Below, in pieces: positions 12,501 through 25,939 of a DNA stretch of 64,000 nucleotides. The notes below the pieces were generated by a model. That model did no database searches. It saw only the letters and a list, made by a program, of their open reading frames with translations, and was not told the DNA's origin. Every line of letters begins with the position of its first letter. Positions within the stretch are counted from its first letter, which is position 1. The stretch is from Neoechinorhynchus agilis (taxonomy: Eukaryota > Animalia > Acanthocephala), in contig CM121342.1 of assembly GCA_051530055.1 (NCBI GenBank), positions 3,072,797 through 3,136,796 on the forward strand, written 5' to 3'. Both the position numbers and the translations under genes were made by a program.

Positions 12501-15394
12501 TTCACTTGAATACCTAATGGAGCAACGCTTTCTTGTCACAAAAGAGGGTTTTAAGCCATTTTACAAGGGACGATTAAAAGATTTATCCACCTGCCAGAGA
12601 GAGAAACACGTAACCTTTCCTGGAAACAGCCAGACCGGACTTCCTCGTCGCAACCAACACCATAGAAACGCATCTTCGCCTTTGTGTCTTACTGATGATT
12701 CAATTATATCTGGTCATTTAACATAATCTACTTTCACACTAATGCATTCCATTATATAAAAAAAGAAGGATAGGTTTGTGATTCGCTGCGCATAGTGCAA
12801 TTGTGGTGTGTGCACCCAATCAGACGCTTTGAAGGTGTGGACACTCTTATTTTATTCATGGTTTTGTTGTTGTTGCTGAACACCACTCTCTCTGATTGAA
12901 TGAATCTATTTCAAAACACACATTTTTTAATTCACAGTATCTTCATTTTTAAATAGAATATCCGGAAAGTACACACAAGTTCGCCAAAAACGAGTTTTAG
13001 AGGTCATAGAGCCAGCTCGTGCCCGAATACTGCGCTTTTAACTTTACAATCACCTCATATTCCACCATTTCAATTAAAGAAGATCATTACGATTCGCGAC
13101 TCCCAATAGAATTGTCTCTTTGTGTGAAGCTCGCCGCAGGTCGCCACGATTTATAGATAGCAATCAGTGGCTATAAAGGAAACCACTTTCCATAGTCGCT
13201 ATGAAGAAGACTGCACAACACCATTGACGGCTTTTAAAATTTTGATTATGTTTGCCGAGTAGATGATGAGGCCGTCGCTCTCTAAAACAAACATTTAATG
13301 AAGATGTTTAGTTAATCTTATGTTTAAGTCGTTTTATATGAGTCGGAAAAATGTCAAACTTTTTTTTGCACTTGTTAAATTCTCAATACGTTTGAACCTT
13401 TGAATTTTAGACGTCACTTAAACGACATCTCGAATTCACATTAATCAAAGGGCGATCAACATCGATCACCATTAATGGTAAGTCTGAACGCTCAAGATAT
13501 TAGATCATCGAGTGTCAAGCCTCTCCCATTTAATCTTCACGTTGACTACGCAGGGCGAAGGCAGTCTAAATATTGCTCGAGGTATCAATTAATGAATTTC
13601 TTGCTTAACACGGGCCCCACGGCACTCATCAATCTCTCTTTGAGAATAGCCTACGGGTTCATTTAAATGAGGGAAAATGCTTTTATTTTGCTTTAATTTT
13701 AAAAATTCAAATCACATCGGTCAGCAATGTTCATCTGAAATTTTCTAACTTTTTTAATCCTAACTTGTTTTTTTATTAGTTGCTAAGAGCAGTGATCTTA
13801 AAGACGAATGCAAATTTCTTTTGCAAAATCTAGATAAGTCTCAAAGTACGAAATTTACTTTCCGTCCATTATAAACCATGCTTGCTTCGATCAATTCTAG
13901 GACATTTCGATAAGAAGAGATCTATGTACTGTCCTTCGGGACTCTCTTTGATGTAGGAAAACAAAAGATAGAAAGTAGATATCACTTACAGCCATAATGA
14001 TTTCCCATGTGACCCGAAAACCTTCTAGCATTTAATATTCAAATTTCAATCTTGATTCGGTGCGTTCATCAACTTCCGTAGAACTCGATACAATTGGTCT
14101 AAAGTTGTTTGACGGATTCTTTACAATGGGAGCCTTTCATCACAAAGCTTGTCTTATCTAAGCAAATAATACTTATAATCAAACATTAGATAAACCACAA
14201 TGTATTTTCATAGATTGCAACCGCTTTCCACATCTTCTGTTTAAGAAATTATTCGTAAATTGTTATCAGATATCCGCAGAATCAACAAAACACAATTCAG
14301 AGCCTAATATTTGAACCCTATTGATTCGAAAAATGTATATATTTGTATAAATCACTTTAGTAAATAGTTATCGGAACAAATCTTAACACCATGATGACAT
14401 TAACACTTGCGATTTCACTATTCGCTTCTAGAAAATCCGCCTGCTTTATTAAAATAAACGGGCAAATGAGCATTAGTGCAATATTTTATAGTTTTCAAAA
14501 ACCAACAAAACACAGTGATTCTTAGATTATAAAACACTTTTTGGTAATGAATGCTGTCAACGTTCCGTCGTTTTTTCACCGTTTACGGAGTTAATAAAAC
14601 GCAGACCGAATGCACTTGAACAATCTTAACAAAATCAAAACAATTTCCCCTAGAAGTTTTTAAATTGAGGATATAAAAAAGGAAGCTTGTAATCCTACAA
14701 GTTTCAATTTTTAATTTACGAAAAATCGTAACGAAAAGTTAAAGCGGACAAAGATCGCTTCTAAATCGTTCAAATTATCATAGTTAATCTAAACAATGGG
14801 AAGCCATCTCCAAATTCTTAAAACGTCGTCGAAAAAGAGTACAAGATTAAAAGTATTCATTGAATATCATTTTGCTGTAAATCTGTTCTGACGCTTCATC
14901 GCATCCAAAGAAAGGAGCTTCTAATTTCACATTTGTAATGAAACCTCAAGAGATATCATGGCGCAAACGAAATCTTTGCTGGGGCTTTATTTAAAAGTTC
15001 TCATGTTTCAGCTGTCACATCCCAAAAGAACGATCTTTTGGATTACATTTCAACTCACTACATTAGCATTCGATAGAAAAGACGTATTACCATTCATTCT
15101 TGTGTTTTTAATGAAACTTTGAATTTTAGAGCACAACGAATTTAATGTATACATAAAAAACTTTCGCTAGTAAAAAATCGACATTAATTAAAATAGGATC
15201 ATTATTTTCTAGATATGCAACCACTTTTGAGTAGAATTTGAACGAACACAATTTTTCAATATCTATGCGCTTCCAGTTTAAATATAGCCAAAAATTGGAC
15301 TACCGTAAGAATAATTTCATTTGTCGATAGGAGAAAATAAATGAAATTAAGATTTTATTGGATATTTCGATCAACTATCTCGGATCTCCGGTGG

Positions 15395-16545
15395 GAGTCG
15401 CATCCTTAATTTGAAATCAGGTTTATTGCCCTCGAACGTTTCGAACCTATTTATAAGGATTCGATGATAATACGTTCGAAACGCCGACCATTGCGAACTA
15501 GTGTTGTAGCGCCACTAAAATCGATAGTGTGCCCTGTGTTTTTTGCATGGGCCACCACTGCGGAACTAATATCCGTGTTGCGAACAAATCCGTCGGTTGA
15601 AATTGTTGGTCTGCCCCACATAGACCTGTTTGCAACCGGAGCACGGAATTTTGGAGACCGCACCAGATGACTGTTGGCCATTCTTGGGACATATCAATCC
15701 GTGTAGAGTGCGTCCCACTCTCTTGGCCTCACATCCTGATTTTATGATGCGCTCCATAGCAAGAATGATCATCAGGGAATGGCAGTTCAACGTGGATTTC
15801 TTCCTTTTTAGACTTTGTCTCCCCATTGAAGGTTCGACAAGATGGAGAGGATAACCATATCGACCTGATATGTACTTTAGGTAATCAATCTCCTCGTTAC
15901 ACAACTTGGCGTTGCTACAATGTGTAAGAGCACGATGGATGAGTGACATAATCCTCAAAATTTTGTATTTGCGAGGTTGGGCTGATGTCCATGGCACAAG
16001 GCCCACAGGTATACTTCTCTTTCGGTACACCCTGGTCGTGTAGTTTCCACTGGTTAACCGGGCTATCCTTACATCCAGGAAGGGAAACGTTGAAGGCGGT
16101 CCATATTCGTCTCCGACGGGTCGATCAACAAGAACGTGTCATCCACATATCTGAACCAGATCTTCTGTATCGACGACAAATGTTCGCTCTCCCAGTGCCG
16201 CATATATAGCTCAGCAAGCACAGGGGCTAACGGGCTGCCCATCGCCACTCCATCTTTTTGATCATAGTCGATACCGTTGAACTGGAAGTTGCAGAATCTG
16301 GTACAAAAATCCTCTCCATCTTGTCGAACCGACCCACTGGTATACCTCTCTTTCGGTACACGCTGGTCGTGTAGTTTCCACTGGCTAATCGGTATATCCA
16401 TACATCCAGGAACGGAAACTTACCATGGTCCTCCTCCTCGATCGTCCACTGAATATTGTCGTCCCTTCAGTTCATGTTTAAGGCGATTCATATTAGTCTC
16501 TGAAGGTTGGATCAACAGGAACGTCTGATATGTACTTTAGGTACG
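15395..16545 (-). mobile_element. Decayed, rearranged Penelope-like retroelement (RT + GIY-YIG)
   Basis: Fragments YDQKDGVAMGSPLAPVLAELYM and WFRYVDDTF (RT), plus GAVSKIPCSGCKQVYVGQTN...HAKNTGHTIDFSGA (GIY-YIG). Frameshifts, and an internal duplication at about 16005-16080 vs 16335-16410. Confidence 0.88.
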
Positions 16546-16781
16546 GACGATCGATATAGCATTAACCAAAGTGTGTGTCGATCGATATTTATATCACAGT
16601 TGAGTTCGTCATATCGAGTGGTTTTAGATTCGCTTCATCAATGATAGTTTGGTTAATCAATAATCCAGTTTCCTCGAAAGAACAACAATCCATTTAGGTC
16701 GATGACGCATTTCGAGCGCTGATTCTTCCGTATCAGTTTCTTCTCTGCGTTTTTATATTCATGAAGCAAACAAAACCATAA

Positions 16782-17255
16782 ATGGAGTCGTAAGTGGAGA
16801 TCTTCTCATTTTCCGTTCTGTTATTGCGCTTTTCCGTCTTTAGAATGTCGACCGATCAAATCAATGAAATTTGTGAAATGTCCATTAGAAATGCTCTCGC
16901 CTCAGGTCACGTCCTTCTTGGTCTTCGCCAAGTTGTGAAGATGCTCGATCGCCGGCAAGGTCTTTTCTGTATCCTAGCCAAGAATTGCGATCATCAAGGA
17001 ATCACAAGTCTTGTACAAGCATTGTGCAAAGAACACGGAGTTAAATTATTGATGGTTGATGATAATAAGAAACTTGGTGAATGGGCCGGTTTGTGTAAGT
17101 TCGACCGGGAAGGCAAGGCGAGGAAAGTTAGGGCTTGTAGTGTCCTTCTCATTATGGTTAGTAATCTCCTTTTTTTATTTCAAAAACCATCATTTTTTTA
17201 GGACCATGGAGTGGAAAATGAATATGTCAATCAGTTGACGGCTTTGGTCCAATAA
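16782..17255 (+). CDS. RPS12: 40S ribosomal protein S12 (eS12)
   Basis: ATG GAG TC|intron 16790-16843|A ATG TCG...; GLRQVVKMLDRRQGLFCILAKNCD...LVQALCKEHGVKLLMVDDNKKLGEWAGLCKFDREGKARKV; intron 17157-17201; last exon DHGVENEYVNQLTALVQ*. Confidence 0.95.
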
Positions 17256-17329
17256 ATCGTTTTAGTTGCGGTTTTAGAGCGCTTGTTTGAAAGCATTCAG
17301 GTATTTTCGACTACTACCCTGTTTCAAAA

Positions 17330-18070
17330 TCATTTTGACTTGTAATGAAATACCGGACGAGTATATTCACCACAAGTCAAAATTTACCATCCCAATATGA
17401 ATTTTCTGTCCAGGAATTATTCGTGGTAAAAAATAATGGTCATTTCGGTGTATTTTAAAAAAAAACACTTTTAAATTTATTAAATCTGAGATATTTTACA
17501 GACACAATCTTGTTAACGACTTTAATAAATTCCTTCAATTTTTTACTGCCATAAACAAACATTTAATATTTGTTAATGTGTTTCTTGGGGTTTGAAAAAA
17601 GTGACCGCATAAAAATAATAACATATTGAACCACTCGAATTCAATCGATTAAAAAAATGTTTGGGATAAATGCTTAAAGAACTATTTAAAATTTGTTTGA
17701 AGCTTACGAAACAATTTAAATAAATTGTCAATACCAACAACAATCCGGGGTTAAAACATCGCCAAACTCGAATTTAATATTATTTTACATATAAAATAAT
17801 TTCAGCTTTGTACGCCAACTCTGGTCGGAATGTTGGCGTGATTTTTTTAAATTTTAAACTTTGTATTGTCTAATTCTTCATTTTTACATTTTTTGGTTGA
17901 ACTGTATTTTTCCGCGTTTTTAGACTCCATTTTGCTACTTTAAGGCGAAACAAAATTTAATATTTCCTCTACTTCGTTCGAACCTCATCAGAATTGCTTA
18001 TAAGTTTTAGAAATTGTTCCATCGACATGAAGGAAATATTAAATCATTTCTATTTCGCCTGACCTAAAGC
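17330..18070. mobile_element. MITE-like element remnants, same family as those nested at 45551-45880
   Basis: Shares CACCACAAGTCAAAATTTA.CATCCC and AAATATTAAATCATTT...TATTTCGCC with 45705-45880. Confidence 0.5.
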
Positions 18071-18539
18071 GGTCATGGTCTAGCAAATCAAACGGTTAAA
18101 AAATCAGCAATTAAAATGATTGATTTTTTTAGCAAAAAAAGGAGAATATTTATTGACCATTATAGTGATATCGCTTGGCTTTCCGTCACAATCGTCCTTA
18201 CGGTTTACGATTGTGTCTTCATTTGCAAGGAATATTTGATCGAATGTATGCACTTAGAATCCTCATCCGCCATATTTGGAAGAACAATTCATGTACGGAT
18301 TAACAGTCATTGTAGAAGGAACCGTTAATTGCCTTCTGTATACCTGTAAACATTTCCTTGTAATGTGAGTTTATTTTTATAAGCTTACCATCGGAGGTGC
18401 CGTCGATTCTCGTACGGTAGATCTAACAAAAACGTTCTTTCCATTCACTAAAAAAATTCTTTTTGGGGGGAATCTTTATTCATAAACATTAGCGAAATTT
18501 TGCTATGTTGAGTAGAAGTAATAAGCTTTTAACACAAGA

Positions 18540-19010
18540 AACTCCTTCACCTTTCGAAGCTCGTCGAGTTTATTATGACCGTTTATTAATAACACGTCTT
18601 TAATAAACTTTTTAAAGGGGGTGAAGACTTCTAAACAATAAGTTTAATTTTTTATTAAAGGCGTTCTGCGAACCTCGCAGGGTTCATCATCAGTCTGTTG
18701 CTTTCTTGCGAAATAAACTGATGATGAACCCGACGAGGGTCGCAGAACGTCTTTAATAAACTTTTTAAAGGGGTTGCAGAGTTCTAAAAAATAAGTCTAA
18801 TTGTTTGGTAAAGACGTTCTGCGAACCTCCTCAAGGGTTCATCATCAATTCCATTCGCAAGTTTGTTGCTTTCTTGTGAAATAAACTGATGATGAACCCC
18901 TTGGGTGAGGTTCGCAGAACGTCTTTAATAAATGCTTTAAAGGGGTTGCAGAGTTCTAAACAATAAGTCTAATTTTTTATTAAAGACGTTCTGGGAACCC
19001 AAAACTTAAA
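18540..19010. repeat. Palindromic-unit tandem repeat family (copy 1)
   Basis: Units TTATTAAAGACGTTCTGCGAACCTC...GGGTTCATCATCAG...CTGATGATGAACCC...GAGGTTCGCAGAACGTCTTTAATAA separated by an AAAGGGGTTGCAGAGTTCTAAA linker. Confidence 0.9.
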
Positions 19011-19320
19011 CAATTACCGAGGAAGCTAAAGGACGGCGAAAGTTAAAATTTCTTTTTGTTGATCATTGAGTACAACAGTCCGTCCAAATGTTCATTTTAA
19101 AAAACAAAGTATTCCACACCCAAGTTTATTTAACACGATGATTAGTTTGTTTTTCTAATGGAGATAATGAAGAACTTGACGAAAAAAAGTTATATTCTTA
19201 AAAAATTTTTTTACTTTAAACGCCTTTGAGTCTGATGCTTATTGAGTGCATTTTTAAAAGTTTAAACTAGACTAAATTTTTGGGCTGACAATAACACGTA
19301 TCCTTCATGATAACATTCGG

Positions 19321-19560
19321 GTGAAAAGTAATCCTCTTACGGCGATTCACACCCCGAGCTTTGAGGGCGCATCGTTTCTGGCCACGGAACGATTTCTTTT
19401 GCGGAGATTGGTTTTAGAGGCGGTATACATTGATTCCGCACATGCAATGGAAGGCAATAAAGGTAATTTTGCACTGCGATTGTCCATCAAGGATATCAAC
19501 GTAAGGAGGGACGTCGGATACCCAATCGCATGGGGTTCGTCCGGCATTTAACGGCTCGAT
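19321..19560 (+). mobile_element. Penelope-like GIY-YIG 3'-end remnant
   Basis: FEGASFLATERFLLRRLVLEAVYI resembles the Penelope C-terminal F-x-x-a-x-I-L...R-x-x-L-E-a-x-x-I motif also seen at 15451-15530. Confidence 0.45.
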
Positions 19561-20439
19561 CCACGGGAATGGCAACCCCACGATCCCGAGCCAATAGGCT
19601 AATGCAATCTATGTTTCGGGTTTTTTTTTCAGATGACAATGTTTGAAAAGGTTTGGCCCACGAAATATTACGAAATAAAACTGAGTCTCGGGTGTGAATC
19701 GCACAAGAGGAATAATACGTTTTGAAATGGAGACGTGGTGATTTCAATAAAGAATATGGTGCTATTTGGATTTGTGATATCTCTCTAATCCCTACGGATT
19801 TTGCTATTGATGTAGAGATGTTCACTTAAAATCAGAAAATGGGCTTATTTGAACGATAAGACTACTTACTAGGATACTGTTTCCAGCTACCAGACTTATT
19901 GACTCTCATGGAACCTCCGGAATGTGCTCGTAAGCCTTGCCAATGATTATTTTGTGAATCGTTTCCTGAAAACATTCGCTTGATTCTTCTCCACAGTCTT
20001 TTTAAAGGTTGCGATTCTCGATTCCGAGCAGCCTCCAAGTAAGGATCATTCATGACTGTCGTCTAGAATGGATATGAGCACTTTTTTATGCTTTTAGTTG
20101 TGCAAGTTGCACCTTTATACAAATGTTTTGAGGTAAAAGACCACAATGAGTTGTTTGCTGTGTAGACAGGATGAATGTGCTTAGCTAAACTCATCCACGA
20201 CTTGGCTCGAGACAATACGAAGTTGCCAGGGAAACTTTCGTGAAAGACTCATTTTTATGTGATCATTGCTTTTTGAAAATATTCGAAGTCGTTTTTAGCT
20301 GTTATGAAAATAGATAATCGGAGCTATTTTTTAAAAACCCTTGACATCATGAGGAAATCGTAAATCTCGAGAATACCACATAATACGAGATATTGTGTGA
20401 ATTGTGAATGCGAGCAATCTTCGATGGCCGTATTAGAAC

Positions 20440-20700
20440 GGACAGTGTCGCCGCAGCCAGTAACACAAAATTCGCCACTGTTAAACCAGAGAGGGGATCA
20501 GCTACTGAGGATCTCAAAAAGACGGGTTGAAATCATTATTTTGTTCCCTTTGGCGTCGATACACTGATCGTTTTTTACTGCGGTGCAGGACCTCGCCAAT
20601 CAATTGTCCAAGAGACTACAACTAACGAACGCTGCATCTTTCCTTTCAAAAATTACACCGACACTCTCAACTGAGCGATGCAGAGCGGTGGCGTAGATGT
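20440..20700 (+). mobile_element. Degenerate copy of the CRE-like retroelement 3' region
   Basis: CATTATTTTGTTCCCTTTGGCGTCGATAC resembles CACTATTTTGTCCCCTTTGGGGTAGAGAC at about 35469; GCAGCCAG.AACA is also shared. Confidence 0.45.
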
Positions 20701-20742
20701 TTTTCGAACTGTTTTTGTTGAAAAAAAATAGAGATTTTTTAA

Positions 20743-21228
20743 TCAAAATATATAAGAGAAATTAAGATTGGTGTTATCAAATTCAAGGAAATATTCATTG
20801 TCGCCTCCTGCCGTTGCACCGAATAGTGATTTGATTTGCGTGAAGCAGTTCATTTTGGCATAGACACTTTTAACGATTTCATCAAATACCTTGATCATTT
20901 CCAGTAAGAAATTCTTCATTTGATCCATATGAAAGTTGTAGACATTAATCGTAAGATTTTCGACAAGTGATTTGCGAAACACTTGCGTCGACTTGAAATC
21001 TTCTTTGGACTGATTTTGGTTTCCAATTCCCTCCTTGCCTTCTACTTTATTTATAATAGTGACTTTTTCAAGTTGTCTATTAACTATAAAGTTGTTCTTA
21101 AAGTTTTTTTCATCCGTAATCATCATAACTCTGCTGCAGTTTGCAGATTCAGACTTATTTGAACAAAAAGTGGGGAAAGCGAGCACTTTTAATGATAAGA
21201 CTAGAACACTCGCAACAAAGATTGCCAT
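20743..21228 (-). CDS. Single-exon hypothetical protein with signal-peptide-like N-terminus (161 aa)
   Basis: Hydrophobic N-terminus MAIFVASVLVLSLKVLAF; a 161-codon ORF in AT-rich DNA; no recognisable domain. Confidence 0.4.
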   Translation of the reverse strand: MAIFVASVLVLSLKVLAFPTFCSNKSESANCSRVMMITDEKNFKNNFIVNRQLEKVTIINKVEGKEGIGNQNQSKEDFKSTQVFRKSLVENLTINVYNFHMDQMKNFLLEMIKVFDEIVKSVYAKMNCFTQIKSLFGATAGGDNEYFLEFDNTNLNFSYIF

Positions 21229-21830
21229 CTAGATAGCTCGACGAAAGTGTCTACTCTTTTCGTCGAAAAGAGCATCTCTCATATATATCCTAAAAAAAGA
21301 CTAACTCTTCGTCGGTCCATACACAGCTTGACATTTTAGACTTGTACAATTTAGAGCCTCTCCTCGTACTAGATCTGAGTGAAGAATCTGAATTGTTTTA
21401 GAGTTTAAAGTAAACTTCGATGATAGACACGTAGTTTTTACTCGTGATTTATGCAAAATCATATGAAACATCGTCGACTTCTCTCTCGTCGTCCTCTCTC
21501 TCGCCGTCGACCGTCATCCACCTCTCCGGATCCGTCATCCACCTCTCGGGGTCCGCCATCCACCTCTAAAATGATCACGAGGACCCAGAGGTACATGGGT
21601 CCTCTTCTTAAACAAAATAAATAAAACGTGTCGTTGAATCCCTGGATCGATTCAGCCGTGAGTTTACATTATTGAACGCAAAGTTGACCAAGAATTTGTC
21701 ATCTAAAGTTAAGAAAGTAAGTTGGAATATGTGAAATATGTGGTGATATTTTAGGTTCCAACAATAAAATATTTTTTGGATAATATAAGCTTTATTTTCG
21801 GCAATTGTTATTGTTGCACATTAAAAATCA

Positions 21831-23082
21831 TTATTCAGATAAAAGATCTTTTAAGATTACACGCGACTTTTTAGACATTCCCGCTTTTTGCATATTTAAA
21901 AAGAATCCATCTTCAGTAGAATGTTCAATTGAATGGTAAGGATCTCCATAAGATGTGGTCAGATACTTTCGCCAAATCTTGATGGCCAATGCTCGCTGAA
22001 GGTTGAGGAACACAAATGGACTTAGTGGAACAATTCGCACACTTCCTTGGCATTCATCTTCGCCGGATTTAGATACGATCTTTAAAAGGATCAATCCACT
22101 ATTCGTCAAACGCATTGTTGAAAACAAAACGTTTGATCGGATTCGTCCGATCACTTTTTCCACTTTAATGTATTTTATTAAATGTGTTACCAAATCCGCG
22201 AGTATTAGAAATTGTGAGTGCTCTTCAGCCTTTTCCGAAAGCATAAGACAATATTTGCCAATAAGACATTTTCGATGGCAGTGTAGAAAAAGCGTTCTCT
22301 GGAATCGAATAAAGGAAACCGAGTCCTGAACTTAGCGAGACAACGAAGAACCCGGAGAACACTTTTGGTACGTTTTTGAATAAACCATCGAGTTTTTCTC
22401 GCTTACAGCCTTTTTCTACACTGTATTCGTGCCAATTGAGTTCAATTTTTGACAAATCGATACTCGCAATCTTGTCCGTGAAAGCACTTTCAGCGTTTTT
22501 AAGAACTCCGCCAAAGACATAAGCCAATCCTTCGAACACTACGACGCACGGAGCCACTCTGTGGAATTTATCCACTTGGTCTTCTCCATGAATTTCATGG
22601 TAACAAAACGATCGCTTGTAAGTATCGACTTCGACGACGACTTTGGAACATTCTGTTGGAAAACAATATCCGCCAATGACAAATACCGAATTTTCATGAA
22701 CGACCACATCAGGAAGGTAAGGTAAGTAATTTTGCTTACATCTAATGCAGCTGATTAAACCTCTTCCATCTTGCAAGCTGATTCTATATGATTCTCTGCC
22801 TTCGGATACATATTTGAAACTAAATTTGTTTCCAATGAAACTTTTGTCGCTAGACTTTACACTTATTTCCCGATCAGTCTTCGGAATCAAAATACTTGGC
22901 ATAAAGGGTTCAAATTCGTAAGTTGTGCCGCAATAACGTTGCGTATCCCAAGAGGAAGGGTCTTTGAGTTTATCGAGAAATTTATACGGAAAAGAAGACG
23001 AAAACATTTCTTCCATTTTGGTTTTTCCTTCTTTAATTTCGGATATTGATCCCTCGATATATAAAAATTCGTCAATTCTCAT
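21831..23082 (-). CDS. Kelch/beta-propeller-like protein, two exons
   Basis: VFVIGGY and AYVFGG kelch-type GG motifs. The frame change between ORFs 22225-23082 and 21831-22244 is resolved by a canonical GT-AG intron of about 43 nt (about 22299-22341). Confidence 0.6.
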
Positions 23083-24059
23083 CTCTTTTTGACGCGAACG
23101 GCGATTTATCTTAAATAATCACAAACAATAAAATCGATTGAATTTCCCTTCCTTTTAAAATTCATCAACAAAAGATCACACATTGGCTTTATCCTGCCAG
23201 CTTACAAAGCTATAAAATCGAAGTTTTACATACTTAAATTAAGGTGAAATTAAATATTTAATTTTTAAACTCATTTGATCGAATGGCACTATTAAATAAA
23301 ATGTGAAATAGTAAAGTTTTCCTACGAAAACTGCAACCGAGAGAGATATAGAAAGCGGCGAGCACATCTTTGAGAGAAACGAAAACGCTCAAATACTCCA
23401 AATATCTTAGAATTGTACAGAAAATATCTAAAAACCGAAAAGCAATGCTCAATAAAACATTTATTATATTCTCAAATGTGGATCATTTTCAATCCAATTG
23501 AAACTTTGGTACTCAATTACTGATTTTTCCGCATATTTTCGGTCGAATTGTACTGAAGCGAAATCTTTTAAGGCTTTAGAGGGACAATTCTCGAATCAAA
23601 TAATCCTAATGAAAAGTCGATAAGGTGGGATTCGCAATCGATGGTACCAAAGCCGCCAGCATTATGAGCACGACATCGACTGGCGACGAGCTGGGAAGTG
23701 ATTGATGCCACCACGAGTAGGGCCTGTATTTTAGATTGAAAAATGAAAGAGATATTGAGAAGGAAAAGAGTTTTTGCTGCTGGACAATATGAAGTAAAAA
23801 CAAGCGATTTGCGACGGCTGGACAATATGAAGTAAAAACAACCGATTTGCGACGTTAATAAGAAACGTAGTTGCGCTGATTCCAAATCTGGTTTCAGATT
23901 TTTGATAGCTGTCATAGTTATTGAGTTATTCATCTTTCAATCTTTAAACAAACATTCTTGATAAATGATAGATATGTGTTTAAGATTATTTTTTCCATAC
24001 GCTGCTGAATGGACACACAGTCCACCGATTTCGGTCTGGGAAAGCGCTGGTCACAGTTA

Positions 24060-24242
24060 TAAGTTTGTACATCTCTCCGGATTCTCAGATACCTCCGGGG
24101 GAGGCGGAACTCATCAGTGAGTTTCCTCCATTCAACGGGGTACTTCGAATGCGTTGGTTGTGCATCATCGTCGGTAACGGATTCGAACCCGCTGATCCTA
24201 AATGAGATCAGGAGCATCAGTCCACTCGACCACCTCAGCACA
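24060..24242 (-). mobile_element. tRNA-derived SINE (copy 1)
   Basis: Minus strand GCTGAGGTGGTCGAGTGG (A box) ... GGTTCGAATCC (B box), followed by a body GGAGGAAACTCACTGATGAG...GAGAATCCGGAGAGATGTACAAACTT shared with 61297-61486 and 61750-61860. Confidence 0.8.
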
Positions 24243-24438
24243 ACTACGGAATGTACAAACTTCGCAACAAATTGGCCTGGATTAGCTTTCCGATTTAAGT
24301 GTTCTTATAGGTGGCTCAGACGGTATTTTTTTATAGGTGTGTTTAAAATTACTTTTTCAACCATAGTTCCATGGGGTTCTTGGCCACATATCTAACTCGC
24401 TTCGATTGTTTTCTCCGCCGCTGCTCATGATTTTGCGT

Positions 24439-25133
24439 CCGGATTCAGTGCATTGCGAACATTGACTCAAAAGGGTAGGTCAGTTTTCTCGATGTAGATG
24501 ATCCTTTGATAGTCATCGGGCAAACATAGTTCGCTCGTTATCTCTTAGACCACGATTCTTCGAGTGTAAATCGAATCTTATCGGTTATTTGTGTCCACTG
24601 ATTTCCCTGGGCACGATACTGGACTTGTTTCCGGCGGTTCATGATGTCCAGTTCTCGTCAGTGTTCGTCTAAGTGTAGGCTCGCTTCTCCGTGGACAATC
24701 CGGACATCCATTCTGGATCGTAGCAGCAACTTTAAAAAACGGCACTAGTGAACTTTTCACTGATATATTTTTATCTTCAGAATCGGTTATCCCCCCAATC
24801 GATTCCTTGAACGATTATTGTTCCGCTTCTCCTTTCTTGAGTAACACAAATTCTGGATCCTCCTGATATCGTGCAAACTCAATTCAATAGGTTTCCCGCT
24901 TTGTAAAGGAATCATCAATTTAAATGCCACGTTTTCGCTGTGCTTCTTGTTTATTGACCTTTGGCGTCTTCGCTGTACGAGTGCCGCAGTTGGGCTGCTA
25001 AATGTCGAGTTGTGATATCGTGGTCTAAGAGATAACGAGCGAACTATGTTTGCCCGATGACTATCGAGGGATCATCTACATCGAGAAAACTGACCTACCC
25101 TTTTGAGTCAATGTTCGCAATGCACTGAATCCG
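24439..25133. repeat. Fold-back structure with about 115-bp inverted arms
   Basis: 24439-24555 (CCGGATTCAGTGCATTGCGAAC...TCTTAGACCACGA) is the near-perfect reverse complement of 25018-25133. Confidence 0.9.
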
Positions 25134-25710
25134 GGTGTAAAATTGTGACAAACCGCGCAACGACAGAGAAAACTCGATATCTGGTGCGCGCTCACATTGC
25201 ATGTTTAATATGCTGCCCAAATATTTGAATGTGTTCATCTTTTCGATCTGAGTTCCTTGCATATCGAGGTTACCCGGTCCCATGTATTTCGTTTTGCACC
25301 TGCTCGCTCTCAATCCTTTGCTCTCTAATCGTTGTCGCCAAATCTCCAGCAAATTCTTGAGCGTGTCCACATCCCTTGCTGTGAGCACCAAATCGTCCTG
25401 CGTTAATTTCTCTTTCCGCATTTCCTAGGACGTCCATCACGATCGTGAACAAGAATGGGCTCAGGGCCGAACCCTGTTGCAGACTAACGGAGACTAGGAA
25501 ATAGTCGATGGTTCCGCCATGGCATCGAACGCAGGTGTAGCATTCTCGATACATCGCTCGAATCGCGGCACCATCCTACTGTTTTGTCTCCTCTTGAACG
25601 ACACGACGCAAAATCATGAACGAATCAATGACCAAAAGCACAACTCAGCGTTCTCGAAGCGAGTTAGATATGTGGCCAAGAACCCCATGGAACTATCGTC
25701 GAAGCACTTC
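25095..25710 (-). mobile_element. RTE-clade non-LTR retrotransposon RT fragment (frameshifted)
   Basis: LQQGSALSPFLFTIVMDVL and DDLVLTARD...WRQRLESKGLRASRCKTKYMG...FKYLGS occur in two frames. Confidence 0.85.
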
Positions 25711-25939
25711 TTATGTCCCGGATAAGGTGTTTCATCAGACAATGAGCGAAGGAGAGAGTTCTGGACATCAGTTCGGCGAAGCCCAAAAACTGCCAAAGGG
25801 GCGAGACGAATTCCACCGTAAGAGGACGAAAAATCGAAAACTATTTCACAAGATTTCTTTATTGCGCTATAAATTCAGAAGACTGCATCTCAATTAGGTA
25901 TTGTGGACCAACAAACGTCTGTGTTTTTTGAAGAAATCA

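Noticed and set aside
22225-22345. Frame switch in the kelch-like gene with a TGTCTTAT direct repeat
   Set aside because: Explained by an ordinary GT-AG intron of about 43 nt; removing the 18 nt between the repeats keeps the stop.
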